Source: Ascidiella aspersa
Lineage: Eukaryota
DNA length: 64,000 nt
Direction of reading: 5' to 3'
Assembly (NCBI GenBank): GCA_963924565.1
Contig: OZ004611.1
Location: 30,380,001-30,444,000, forward strand
A program made the translations under genes and the position numbers. The notes under the pieces are model-generated. The model made no database searches. It had not been told where the DNA came from and saw only the letters and a list, made by a program, of their open reading frames with translations. Within the stretch, counting starts at the first letter, position 1. Every line of letters begins with the position of its first letter. Shown in pieces: positions 38,570 through 51,285 of this stretch.

Positions 38570-39935
38570 GTACAAACGAACATGTAAATTCCGTACAGTT
38601 ATTTTTGTTCCTTGTTTGCTGATTGTTCCTTGTTTACCCACTGCCCTTATTTGCAATGCTTTTTAGCTTTTAGCTAATGACTTAAAACGCTACACCATGT
38701 TTATTTTTTGCCATTAGTTGAACTATCATTGTTTTATCTTGTTCCAGTTGGAAAGATGTAATAGATTTTATAAAACAAAGCTTGTGATTACAGCTGGAAT
38801 TACACTTTTGTAAAACGTAACAGTTTTTAAATACTTTGGCAAAAGTTCCACAAATGTGTATTCGTTGTAAGCAATGCAGTAAAAAGATAAGACGACATAG
38901 CGTTCGACTTTTGTTGTTGTTTTTATCCGCATTTCTTCTTTTCCCTTTTTTACGAATTCCGTCGCGTTTATTTCTTTCCGCCCGTTCCGTTTCCGTGTTT
39001 TATTCGATACCGACCATCGCCTACCTTGCGAATAATAAATGCAAAAAGACGAGCGAACATCGTAATTCGCCCTAAAAAACACCCAAAAGCTCGCCCGAAA
39101 CCCCATTTGTCACCCAAAACAGACTGGGACTGTGTTCAGCCCCCTTTTTCAGGGGGGTAACGGCTGTGGGTAGATGACGTATGTATTTTCCAAGGCAAAC
39201 AAATCGTGCGTTAAAGCCGATACATAATCCCGTAAATGCCTGAGCACTAAGCCGCCTCTTATGCTCTAAGCTTGGCCTTTTAAAACGGCAAGAACCAAGG
39301 TATGTTTTTTCGCGATTAGCCAGCGTCACGGTCTGTCGAACACGCGGCGCCCTGCCCGTTTGACGTAAATTGATGCGCCGCCTCCCTGCCGTCCGTACGT
39401 TTACGCCCACCTGCGAGGAACAAATACGCCAGAAAACAGTTTCGCTGCAAAGACTTCTGCAATATGTTTTCAATTTCTTAAAGTAAAAAAAATGATAAAA
39501 AATAATAAACCTCTAAAAGGAGCTAGTTTTAACGGAAAATTGCTAAAAACAGCTTACAAGATGAAACAAGTTAAACTACCTACATATTAAACTTTTAAAT
39601 TATTTCCAAGAATTTTTTAGAGCGAACAAACATTTTTTTTCAATAAGAATAAAAAAAATAAAAAAACCATAAGCTCAATGCAGTTTTGTTTCTTTGTTGC
39701 TGGTATTTCCTTCGTTTGCTGCAAAGGTTCTATTATTTCCAAGAATATTTTCTAGAGCTAACAAACTAATTTTTTTATCGAAAAATATTTCATTGTTTTT
39801 TAATTATAATAGTTACATAGTTTAACTTTTTTATTTATAATAATCTACGTATAGTTTACATTTTTAGCTTGATTACGAGTTTCAATTGTTTTTCAATCAA
39901 CCACAAGGTTAAATTTCACTTTTGATTGGTTACTT

Positions 39936-40390
39936 CAGAGGTCGGCAACCTTTTTGGCCCTGCGGTTTGAATTTAAAAATTTTCCGCGGACCGGCTTTAC
40001 AAAACAACAAACGTTCAGTAAAGTTAATGCATTACAACTTTTTTTTCAATGAACCAATTAAAATGTATACGTTGTTTCTAAAACTTTCCTGCCTGAACAT
40101 CAAAATAATGAATTATTTTGCAATGTATCTCATATGGTAACAGCACACCGGTTTACCTCACGAGTGCCCAATACTAATTGAGATTTGTTATCATACCATC
40201 AACCATCGAGTATGTTTAAACGAAAGTTAATGGGTTTTGAATAGAAAACTACATTTATTTGTTTTTGCCTTATTTTTTTATTTTTTGGGGGCATTTTACG
40301 TACGGTTGCGGTTTAAATCAAAACTTAATCTGGCATCCCTGCTACGGACCAATAACGAACTCCTCGCCGACCGGCGGTTGCCGACCACTG
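39936..40390. mobile_element. hAT-type MITE
   Basis: CAGAGGTCGGCAACC...GGTTGCCGACCACTG; TSD ggttactt/ggttacat. Confidence 0.8.
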
Positions 40391-41055
40391 GGTTACATGG
40401 TTAATTTTTGTACGATTGTATATAAATGTACTTATTTTTCCACCTAAACTAAATAGCCGTACATGATGAAAACGGCTATCACTAAAGACTTAAAAAATTC
40501 ACTTTTCACCTTGCGACCCCTAAATATAAAAGAACTAACCAATTAAAGTTTTCTAACGAAAAGTTGCGAAAATTTATTGGTTAGAGGTTTCAAAACTTTT
40601 TACAAAAATAGTGTAAACCTAACAAAAATGTTGCCACAAATGGTTGGAAACTTGGAGTTTCAATTTTTTTGTTATCCTAAACAAAAACAAAGGTCATTAA
40701 AGAACTTTGACGTCATCTCTATATTTCCCCCGATATAAAAACCTAAAAGCTCCCTGTTTGTCCGTCAGAGCGCGTAAAGTGTGCAACAGAAAGTGGTATT
40801 CCGATTGTAATCGCGGAATCGACAAGAAGTCGCGTTCGAACGTCAAACCTTGAAGTGAAACGCGCGCGATAACGACGCTATCGTCCAATCAGCGTCGCGC
40901 AATTTGATGACGAAATAATGGAAACTCTTTCTACGTCAGCGCATTTCGAAATTGAAACGACGCTGTTTTTTTTCTCGATGCAAAAAACGCTGGAGGGAGG
41001 TTTAGCTGATGGGTTGAGACTTCGATGCCTTAGAAAATGCTTATTACTTGCTCTG

Positions 41056-41071
41056 TACTGCCCTCTGCCGG
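41056..41071 (-). promoter_or_regulatory. Candidate CTCF site
   Basis: Minus strand CCGGCAGAGGGCAGTA is a close match to the CTCF core CCASYAGRKGGCRSY; it lies at the edge of a CpG-rich island (40750-41080). Confidence 0.4.
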
Positions 41072-42556
41072 TTAAATATTAGACCCTTGAATTTTGCTCC
41101 ACGCTAAAGCTCAAAGCGTTCATTTGTACACCATAAAAATAAACATAAAGGAAGTTCACGTTTATTCATTTGTGAGTTGCGTGACGTCAAGGTCGCTTTC
41201 AGAATAACAACAAGTCAAATTTTAGTCCATTGCCGACGCAGCAAACCTAAAACTGGTGTAAGGAGCCTTACGCGAAAATCACCAACTAAAATATGCAAGT
41301 CATTTGCCTAAAACAAGCTGTTTGTCAAAATTATGTCACTCATATCAGGCCACTATAAAACATTTGAACAACTGCAATTAAAGTCAGTTACTTAATTCAC
41401 CACAATACTGCTACAAATCGGAGCCTTATAGTTAAATGCGCTTTGTTTCTCAATGTCGGCCCTGGTTTGATGCAATTTACGCTTAATAAATAACGTAATA
41501 TATCTTATTTACTTAAAGAATTTTTTCAATTATATATATATATATATTTTTGAATTAGAACAAATTACTTGCAAGGTTTATAAAAAAAATTGAAAATAGT
41601 ACAAAGCCAAAATTATAAAATACAAAAAACTGGCAATTCTTTAAGATCCAATATGATACAATCGCATTTTTGCTTTCAAAAGATTTCAACACTCGAAAAC
41701 GAGGTCATTAAAAATTGTAAAATGTACCTTTACGCTTTTTAAAAATTACCTTTAAAATGATTCATAAAAAAGTAACGTTCATTTTAATGTATCGTTTTCA
41801 CTTAATAATCGTTGTAAATTTTCAGAAACAATTAAAGTCGTTACAGACTAGTGAAAATCCGATTTACATTGTTTGCAAAAGTAAAACTGTTAATCTTTTA
41901 TAAGCATCTACATAACCATGTTAAACAGACTAAACTCCCCGGATCATTTTAGAAGGTATAAACGTAAACACCACTGATCCACGCGTAAATTGTTCGCGGT
42001 TATATATAGACAACACTCGCAAAAGATACCAGTAATCATTTAATATCCACTTTTTACACAGTGCTGAAAGATTACATTCTACCGCACCTAGCGGAAAGTA
42101 ATACCGATGATTTTCTGCCACTAAGAGGTTTAACAATAAACCGCCACAGCAAAATTTGACTAACAAAGACGCGGCTTATATTTTTTCCCGAGCAATCACT
42201 CTTCAGAGTGCACAACGATGAGCCGTGTAAAACATTTGTAAATTGTGTCCTTTTATGTGCAAGATATGTCATTTACTAATGTAAATATGCCAAAAGTGCA
42301 CCGACTATGTTACGCTTTTTCGCAATGTTATCTTCTGTGCCAACTTCCGAGCAATATTTGGCTTTAAAAAGAGGAAGTATGGCAATACACAAAATTAAAT
42401 GGTCGTTAGCCGCCTAAAAGCTTTCCTATTGTAATATGTTTTCCTGTTGCTTTTTTCCGTCCCTTTATTCATTAATAAAAAAACGAAGCTGTACGAAATG
42501 ATTTGCGAATAAATAAAGAGTTCCTTTGGAACACTATATACGGATCTGTTCATAAG

Positions 42557-42833
42557 TTTAATGGTGAAAATAACGGCCCAAATAGACGTAAGAAGCGACA
42601 TGCTTTATTATTCAAACGTTTCGGCAAATGCTCATGCCATCATCAGTGATATGAAGGCCACATCAGCAGTTACACCCGTTTATATACACTTTAGTCGCAT
42701 AAAGGAATGATAAAAAGGTGCGCAACAAGCGTCGCAAAAACGATAGATGATGGCATGAGCAATTGCCGAAACGTTTGAACAATAAAGCATGTCGCTTTTT
42801 ACGTCCATTTAAGCCCTTATTTTCACCATTAAA
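42557..42833. mobile_element. Fold-back element C2 with ~88-bp inverted arms
   Basis: 42557-42644 and 42746-42833 are near-perfect reverse complements; aaataaagagttcc occurs at both 42511 and 42831. Confidence 0.7.
42609..42651 (-). ncRNA. Minimal hammerhead ribozyme motif (fold-back element C2)
   Basis: Minus strand taTCA-CTGATGA-T-GGCA(tgagcatt)TGCC-GAAA-CGTT-TGAata. Confidence 0.6.
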
Positions 42834-43087
42834 TAAAGAGTTCCATAGTCTATTTCAGTACATCAAATACTATACAAGGTTCCCAAAAACTCCAGGATGT
42901 AAAAGTATTGCTAATACTCCGAATCTATAGGGTTATATCGTAACATATCCATTTCAAAAATGTTGTCATTGCCAGTGTAAGGGACCAACACTTCAACATC
43001 CACCTTTATTTGAACTATTATTCAAGGTAAAGTATAACTAATTTAATTCTTAGGTAAATGATGGCTCCGAAAGTAGATGCTCATCAT

Positions 43088-43727
43088 TAGGGCGGTTATT
43101 TTTTGACTTGTCAGAAAAAGTCAATATTTTGTCAAAATTTGCACGTTAAGTCGCTGAATATTTCAACTATTTACACAACAGTTTTTTAAAATAACCAGCG
43201 TGTTGTTTTTGTTTGCACTTTTAGTAGTTGTTTGTCTTCTTCAAATCACAAAATATTAACTAAACGTTTTCATGAGTCTTGCATAAACCCCAAAAAATAA
43301 CCGATTTGTGTTCGACCGGTAGCCATTAAAACGTCAAAAACGTGTGCTTGACGATGCCAAGACACTAATGCAGTACTTCAGAAAACATCACTGCGACGTA
43401 ATACCATGGGAAAGCACCGGAGATGGAAGGCAGTACAAAAGCAAGTGCTTACAGTTCGATCCCCCTCCGCCCCCAATGGGAAGCATTTCACCCCCTCCCC
43501 CGGCACCCACATCTGGGTCAATGCCCCCTTCCCCCCTCTGGAGGGGGCGGGGGCCGAGGGGCCCTGCTTTCCGCCATTCGTCAAGGGGTAAGTTGATTTC
43601 TGTAAATTTTTTTTAACTAAGAGGTCAAAATTTTGTCTAAAAAATATATTTTCAGGTCAAAATTTGTCAAAATTTCAATTTTTTCGGTCAAAATTTCTTA
43701 TTTTTAGGTCAAAAAATAATCGCCCTA
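43088..43727. mobile_element. hAT-type MITE with TAGGG termini and a G/C-run-rich core
   Basis: TIR TAGGGCGGTTATTTTTTGAC versus the reverse complement of GTCAAAAAATAATCGCCCTA (19/20); TSD ctcatcat/cttatcac. Confidence 0.75.
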
Positions 43728-44889
43728 CTTATCACATTCATGGAAGTCAGATACTTGCTATTTTATTCCGGCACCGACACGCGAGATTCGGAGCAAAATT
43801 ATCGCGACCCCACCCGACACCAAATGACGTCATTACTATGCTCAACAAGCAATATAAACATAAAAAAAAACGTTCAAAGTTTTTTTACCATGTTGAACTT
43901 GGCATTGATGTTAAAAATTTAACACCAGTTGCCTCTACTTTTTAATAAATTAACATTTCAAGGTAGTAATTGGTTGCGTTGTATCGCAAATTAAAGCCGA
44001 ATTTCTATTTTAGTGTTTTTGGAGCGGCATCGATACCACCGTAATATCGGACCAGTAGCGATACGGCGACTTGGTATCGTGTATCGGCTCCGATTCGATA
44101 CTTTTGGACAACCCTAATCACTCAACACACCTTATTGTTTAATTCAGTTTGACTTCGGTAACGCATAAGATGTAAAGGATTAAAGGATTCATTTCCCATT
44201 TTCAAAAGGCTTATAGTAATCGGCTTTCAAAAACTACTCTGGATTTTTCCTTTTTACCGAACGTGTAATGCAACCAAGGGCGATATATGCTAAAGGGCAT
44301 TGCGTAAAGCCTCTTAAAGAGCCCACAGCATAATGTATTGCTTCATTTTGTTCAGCCACGAAAAATTCAGGTTGTTGCAAAATCTTTACAGCTGAAGTCA
44401 CTACCTTTTTAAATTACTAACAGAAGTTTAAAGCAGGGCTGCCGAGTCGGTTTAAAACAACCTGAGTCCGATGAAATAAAGTCCCGAATGTTTCCTTAGG
44501 GCTTGGAAGAGTTTTCGTTGTAAAGTCATTTGATTGATTTGCATATTATTGGTTTTCCAATAACAAGTTATTGCTCGTGTTGCCTTATTATTTACATAGC
44601 CGGTACAGCTAGATTGTATCTTGCAAGTTTAAAAAGGGAAACTTTTTTGAGAGTAGTAGGCCGCATTTGTTTTGAAATTTCCGGGCTAACTATTTATCTA
44701 ATCCACCCTGTTAATAATCCTATATACATTTTGAGTAAAGTTGAGTTTTTCGACAATTTGTTAGTACGCCAACAAGATTATGGAATCTTGAGGTGGTACG
44801 CAGTGAAAAAAAGGTTGAGAGCCACTGTTATAAAGGATAACGCAATCCAAACTAAATAAGTTTTTCCCACTGTGCTTGCCTCGTTTCAC

Positions 44890-45262
44890 TCTCAAAACAA
44901 TACGATTTATCACCTTGGCAGTTTAAAATAGAAATGTAATGCTATTTTTAATCACAATGCTTTCTTTGCTGTGTTCGAACATGTTCCTTTTATTATGCTT
45001 TCCCGTTTTAGCTTCACTTTTAATACAGTACAGATCATCACCTTGGAAGTCTAAAATATAAATGTAATGTTATTTTTAATCGGAAATACTCCCCTTCAGA
45101 GAACAATTTAAACACTACCGTCCAATGCTATATCCGAACATGCTTCTCTAACTGCGGTTTGTCTCATTTTAACTTCACGCTTAAAACAGTACAGATTATC
45201 ACCTTGGAAGTCTAAAATAGAAATATAATGTTATTTTTAATCGGAATACTTCCCTTCAGAGT
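44890..45262 (+). repeat. Tandem ~130-160-bp unit x ~2.5
   Basis: atcaccttgg(c/a)agt(t/c)taaaata(g/t)aaat(g/a)taatg occurs three times. Confidence 0.8.
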
Positions 45263-46675
45263 ACAAGCATCATGCAACAAGGGCAAACAATCTTTAATAA
45301 GTCTGTTCACGTTTATGTGACCTTCTCACTTATCAAATTGCTTAAGCTACAGAATTGTGTTTTCCAACGTCCAATTTTGTAAATCCTGAGAGATATTTTT
45401 GTTGCTTATACCGCACGATTGTTAAGATAAACTTATATAATTGACCTGAAGAATATCATTATTTTCTAATCTGTTAAAGGACAATCTTACAACCATACTT
45501 TAACGTAGGTTCACTATGAACGGATATGTCATGTGGCTTGACAATGAATGTCAAAGCGTACCAAAACTTCTTTTGTAAGATGATGTCAATTTACTCGGCC
45601 AAAATATGTTAAACTATAGTTTTAGTTGTCCAATCTGCCTGGAAAAATAAAGTTAATTTGAAATTGTTGGCATTTTGCGATCTAGTTCCAGTTGTCTCGC
45701 AGAGTTAGGGGACCTTTTCTGATGACAATGCTTTTTTTTTTTATTAAACCAAACTCAGCGGGCAAAAAATTTTCGGTGTTTAAAAGCACCATTAAAAGGA
45801 AAATACTTTGACCAATGTTCAGTCATGAAAAGGTAAGGCGTAATGTTTACTGCAGCTAATTATTTAGGTTAGGTACGGGTTAGCGTTTGGGCTGGGGGGA
45901 TCAAGTAATATGATATTTATTCTCCTAGGTTAATAAATGACTAAAACATACATAATAATATTTTTGACTGCTTTAGCTGCATTGGGCATTACGTCATACC
46001 TTAACCTGCCTTGGACATAACATTTGGTCATAGTATTCTGATTGTGACCTAATCCAAAGTAGAACGCGAACAAAGGTTGGTCTAACAATAGAGGTGTCGA
46101 CTGTTTTGTTTGCTAGCCTGTTGGTAGCTCAAAACCCCAATTAGAAATGTCACCGGCTATTTATAGCAGGGGCTGTACGGCCAAATTGTCACGTCACAGA
46201 AGGCGGTATTGTATGTCACCTTGAAAACCTTTGCAGGTTATTTTGTCCTTTCGAACATTGCGGAATCCAACCTTGTGTTTCAGTCAGCCTTTAAGCTTTG
46301 TTAAATTTTACTTAACTTATTGAGGGTTCGACTAACCGTTAGGTAAAAAGTCTACGTTTGGAGCACCAAGAAAACAGTGACATTACTGAAACGTTTTCAT
46401 GGCATGTTTTAAACAGTTAACTAATCAATAATAGTGTTTTTCTTTAACATATATAATTTGTTTTTATCTTTTTTATTGGTTTGTGTTTAACGAAAATCAT
46501 ATCAATCACTATGTTTTTTTGCGACGATAACTTTAAATGCACTTCGGGGATAATATTAGTAATATGTTTGCAAGCATTTTAATATTGCAATTGATATTAC
46601 CTGCGAAGCGAATCCCTGTGCGACGCCCTTGTAAAATTGCGCGTCGTGAAGCACACTTTAAGACTCTCTGAGTAA

Positions 46676-47124
46676 AATGAAAGACACACACAAACATATG
46701 TGTTTAATAACATTTGTGATCTAGCCCCTCGGAAGTTGCTTTATGACCAACGATTACGGCTTCCGTATCAATAGTACACCGAAAAGCCATCGCAGACTCG
46801 CCGAATCTGTCGATCTTTGATGCAAGCAGAGCAAGCCAGAAAAACAACTGGCCTGCAGTGAGGTTCGAACTCACGACCTCCGGTAAAGCCGGGACCGTCG
46901 CTCTACCAACTGAGCTATGCAGGCTCAGAGAGGAGCGAGTCGAGAAACAACCATGCGCCAATACTTGCACATTTTTGTTAGTACAAGCAACTTCACACTG
47001 GGGGATCATCAGTCCGTATCAATCAATGAAAGACACACACAAACATATGTGTTTAATAACTTCTGTGATCTAGCCCCTCGGAAGTTGCTTTATGACCAAC
47101 GATTACGGCTTCCGTATCAATAGT
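46676..47124 (-). mobile_element. Non-autonomous element with 100-bp terminal direct repeats and an internal tRNA-like gene
   Basis: 46676-46775 and 47025-47124 differ at 2 positions; tgagtaaaa flanks both ends (46669-46677, 47124-47132); related fragment at 38178-38330. Confidence 0.75.
46850..46924 (-). pseudogene. tRNA-like Pol III gene with non-canonical anticodon arm (T-arm resembles elongator tRNA-Met)
   Basis: GCCTGCA/TGCAGGC acceptor stem, A box TAGCTCAGTTGG, GCTC/GAGC D stem, GTGAG-TTCGAAC-CTCAC T arm and a TTTTT terminator 5 nt downstream; the anticodon region is 2 nt too long with no canonical 7-nt loop. Confidence 0.7.
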
Positions 47125-49394
47125 GAGTAAAACTTATGGTTTTACAGTCACTTACGAAAACCATATTAATCTTCATTTGCATAAGTCCTGGTTTAAAAGT
47201 AGACTTTGCGGAGCATGGTGTTTATTAACCACAAACAACCGATACAAATTATTTTTAAAACTACGACCTTTAAACATTAAATACACAGGATTAATGTATG
47301 CTTGCTACTCGACTTTTGGCCAGGTACTTAAGACGACAATGTACTAAACTAAGCTTACTGTTGTAAGTCAGGCGAGCTTGTGTGTACAGAGATCAAAAAA
47401 CAACATGCGGCTAGGTAGCCATAAGCACAACGGCCAATAACAAAAACAATAATCAAAAACCAGATGAGATCAGCCGGATGTATTTTTCTGATCAACGACG
47501 TCATAATACTTTGTCTTTGAACCACGGGGTTTAGAATTTTGCCACCAAAAAGCAGCATATTTCCCGAAGCCATAAACACTCGACATAAATTGTTTGTAAA
47601 ACAATGATTTTTTTAAGATTATTAGCATCGAGCTTTTTATGTTGCTGTTCTACTTTCAGTCTATGTAATATGTAAGACGACAATTTACCTAACTAATTTG
47701 TGGTCTTACATACCTGACTGAAAGTAGAAAAAAATCTTGCTGTGTTTAGTCAGGTAAGCCTGAGATCAAAAAGCCGTATGCCACTCCAGACCATAGGTAC
47801 AACAGCCACCAACAAAAATAATTAATTAGACAAAAACCGACACCAGATCAGCCCGTGTAATGTTTCGGATCAACGAATATACTATTTTCTCTTTGAACCA
47901 AGGCGTTTAGAATTTTACTTATTTCATTGGTATTTACAAAAAAACAGGTTAATACCATAATACGGGGAAGACTAAGTTACCGAAGTGTCACTCATCTTCT
48001 GAAAATTGCTGCTGGTCGGGTTTTCATCTTTTTTCCAACACGTGAAATATACAATTTAAACAAAACGAAATCATGAAGCCACGGACTGCCTATAGATGTA
48101 CAGCAGTCATAATAAACAATAATAAAAAAAATAAACACATTACGAGATCCGATCGACCATGTAAGCCTATTTATTGTCAGAAGATTGTCGTTAAATCCAC
48201 AATAAAACACAAAATCCCTTTGATTAAACGACGTCTGTATATAGCAATTTCGTTCTCAAAAGTAGGTAGCATTTTGAATGTTTCGTATATCTTTTAATTG
48301 ATGCCGTCTATATATAGTGATTTGGCAGCCGGTTTAGGCAGGTGGCCAATCATCTTCGGTAAACAGCAATTAACAATTGTGTTTGACGAAGAAGGGCCAC
48401 GGTTTACCCAAAGGCCCTGAAATCGATTTTCTCTTTTCTTTGATGCTCGTAAGATTTTACGCCAACATATTAAATGTCCATTGTCGAGGTTATGTTAGCA
48501 ACACAAGGCTAAACAAGGTTCGCAACAGGGTAAAACAGGTTCACTTTTAAACTTTGCTTCAAATTATTACAGCAGCTAAATCAAAACTTGTCAGTAACCT
48601 ATACATTGTTTCCTATAGTGTCCTGATTTTTTTGGGTTGGTGCTGGTTATATTTAAAGCTCTATTTTTTAAAACCTCCATTTTTTAACCTATAGCACAGC
48701 CTTTCTTAACCTGGAGTTAATTTATGTTCAGGACAGAAAAAATGTGCAAGCTGTAGGTATTCGAAGCCTAATTTCCTTGTTCAGATTTAATTAATTCGAA
48801 GTTATAGCCTCATAGCCTATAGATTCTTTATCGTCTAGTGTCGGTAACGTTATGCTTCGCGAATCGGTACTTTTTAGTTTATTGGCAAGTCTAAAGACTC
48901 CAGAAGTTGTTAATACGAACTTTCCTTCAGAAGCCAACTTTGTAGTCGGAGTACGGTATCGTACGGAAAGGCAAGACAGGGCATGATATTTACAAAGATT
49001 TTTGTTTTAACTCAAGTTATTGATTTACATCAATGACTACAGCGGAATATGAACTAACAGTTGAGGCATTATTATTTCCACGAATATATTAAGCAAGTTT
49101 GTGACCATTTTATAAATTACATTAAAATGTTTAAAAATATCAGATCACGGGTAACATTGGACCCAATTTGTTTGTTATTCAAGTTTGGCATTAACCCATT
49201 AAAATAAATGTGCTAATTCAAAACATTGTAACTTTGTACAGTTAAAATAGTGTATATCATGATTAACTACTAAAGGTTTACAATGGGTATTTTAAGTTTA
49301 ATATGGGACAAAAAAATCGCCCAAAATTTGTTTTAAAGCAAACACTGTTAATTTAGGAAACATAATTTGCATAAGTGTTGTGTAAACTGAACTT

Positions 49395-49579
49395 TGGAGC
49401 ATAATGGTTGGAGGTTGTAGCAAGACGTAATAAGAATATCAAAGCCCATACTGAAGTATAGGTATCATTTTGAACGTTTCGAATAACTCTTTATTCATTT
49501 TCAACATAAATGTAAATAGTTATTCGAAACGTTCAAAATGATACCTACTTTTGTATGGGCATTGATATTCTTATTACGT
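49395..49579. mobile_element. Family B fold-back repeat (hammerhead-like, Penelope-like non-autonomous element)
   Basis: tggagcataatggttggaggttgtag...gaacgtttcgaataac arm followed by its reverse complement. Confidence 0.7.
49467..49510 (-). ncRNA. Hammerhead-like motif with U3/A8 core (repeat family B)
   Basis: Minus strand atg-TTGAAAA-T-GAATAA(agag)TTATTC-GAAA-CGTT-caaaat; 6-bp stem II, weak stem I. Confidence 0.45.
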
Positions 49580-50389
49580 TAAACCTAACAAAGATTTAAG
49601 ATAAATTCAAATTAGTAGATCATTAAGTACTTGGACCCATACGCAATCAATCTAAATTCTAAGCCATACTTTCATTATGAAACTTTGCTAAAAGGTCGTT
49701 TTAAGCTGCAAATAGATTGTAATTTAGATATAGTTAGTCGCCAGGGCAGGAATACTTCCAAATCGAAAGGGCTGATTACCAAGGTTAATCAAGTCCTCGA
49801 CGCAAATGCGATCGATACCCAATTACATCTCGTCAGGTCTTCAATAAAGATGGGACTATAAGATTGAATCTGCCTGTCAAATCCCCAAGCAGCCTAAATT
49901 GCTCGTATATTGCAATTCATTTGATGGCCCAAAGTAATTCGTAAGTTTCATTAAAGTTTTCGCTTATACCTAAGTGAGTTAAAATATTTCCAGTAATTAA
50001 ATTTTGTGACTGCTTCAATCGAATGCTAGCTGTTGGAAAGCCGACGTTTTAATCTTCGATCTATCGCTCATATAATTTCCCCTTGTGCATCGCTCACACG
50101 ACGTTCGCATAGCACGGCGCATCCGTTCAATTACAACGACATTAATATCGACCGGTCCTCGCACAGAATGCGGATCATCCTACGACCACTTTCACTTTCC
50201 TAACGTCTCAATTGAGGACTCCTAACGTTACTCTGGTTAGAGATAAAGGCTGGAAACAGCTATCACTTGTGGGCCTTGATTTATTTCTTTATGCGAAAGT
50301 AAAACGTTTAAATTTCATGCCAGCGCTTATTTTATAATTATCTATGTGGTTTTGTACGTTGTGTTCCGTAAAAGTTAGAAAGTAGTCAT

Positions 50390-50710
50390 AAAACGTAGTA
50401 CGAATTTCAAAGCCCATACAGAAGTTAGGTAGCATTTCAAAGGTTTCGAATAAATATTAAGATAATGGATGGCGGAGTTTGCAGTTAGACGTAGAATGAG
50501 TATCAAAGCCCATACAGGAGTAAGTAGAATTTTGAAAATTTAGAATAAATATTAACATAATGACTGTAGCTTGTAGTTAGATGTAAAATAAGGATCAAAG
50601 CCTATACACGAGCGGGTATACCATTTTAAACGTTTAAAATGCTCCCTACTTCTGTATGGGCTTTGATATTTTTACTACGTCTTACTACAACCTCCAACCA
50701 TTATGCTCCA
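50390..50710. mobile_element. Family B array: three tandem partial arms plus one inverted arm
   Basis: tcaaagcccataca repeated about every 95 bp, then ctacttctgtatgggctttgat...ccaaccattatgctcca. Further degenerate copies at 58282-58378, 61437-61575 and 62755-62980. Confidence 0.65.
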
Positions 50711-51285
50711 ATATTCATAAAACATTACTCTGGTTGCGACGACCCAAATACTAAAGCTTAAATATAACATGAAGCTTTGGCGACCCAGTTCTCGTCAGTG
50801 ATTTTTTTATTAAATGGAAAAAACATAAGACAAGCATAAATAACTTCCAATTGAGTTAATATGAGGCATGTGTTCGTATTTCTCCATAAGCCTTCTCAAA
50901 TTTTAGAGACATTTTATTATGCACCAATCTTAATAAATCTAACAATATAAATCAAAATCGCTAGTTGAAAAAGGAACAAATAGAACTACTAAACACAATT
51001 GTAAATAATTCGTTTTTGTTAAGTTAAAGTGGTCGAAAATGGTGTTTTGTTAAGGTTTGAAGATAATGCTGTGCTATAAGGGTCAAAAATAGCATTTTCA
51101 AATGGTCGAAATGGTAGTTTGTGCAAACAATAAAAAATAGTAAAAGTTTTTCGTGTTCAAATAAATGTTTTTGTCGTTTAAACAAACCTAAATTGTGATT
51201 TTATAAGGCTTGTAACTATTGTTTTGCAAAAAAGAGCCTTAAATCGTGTTTTACAAATTGGAATTTTCAAAAATTGACCTTTTAT

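Noticed and set aside
43344-43616. Proline-rich ORF and G-quadruplex-like tract
   Set aside because: It lies inside a TIR-bounded MITE and reflects low-complexity G/C runs.
46850-46924. Functional tRNA gene
   Set aside because: The anticodon arm cannot form a 5-bp stem with a 7-nt loop, and the gene is embedded in a repeated element.
49790-49840. Minus-strand CTGACGA with stem II and III look-alikes; also CTGATGA at ~37874 and at ~47006-47012 (-)
   Set aside because: GAAA is missing or mutated and there is no stem I, so these cannot be supported.
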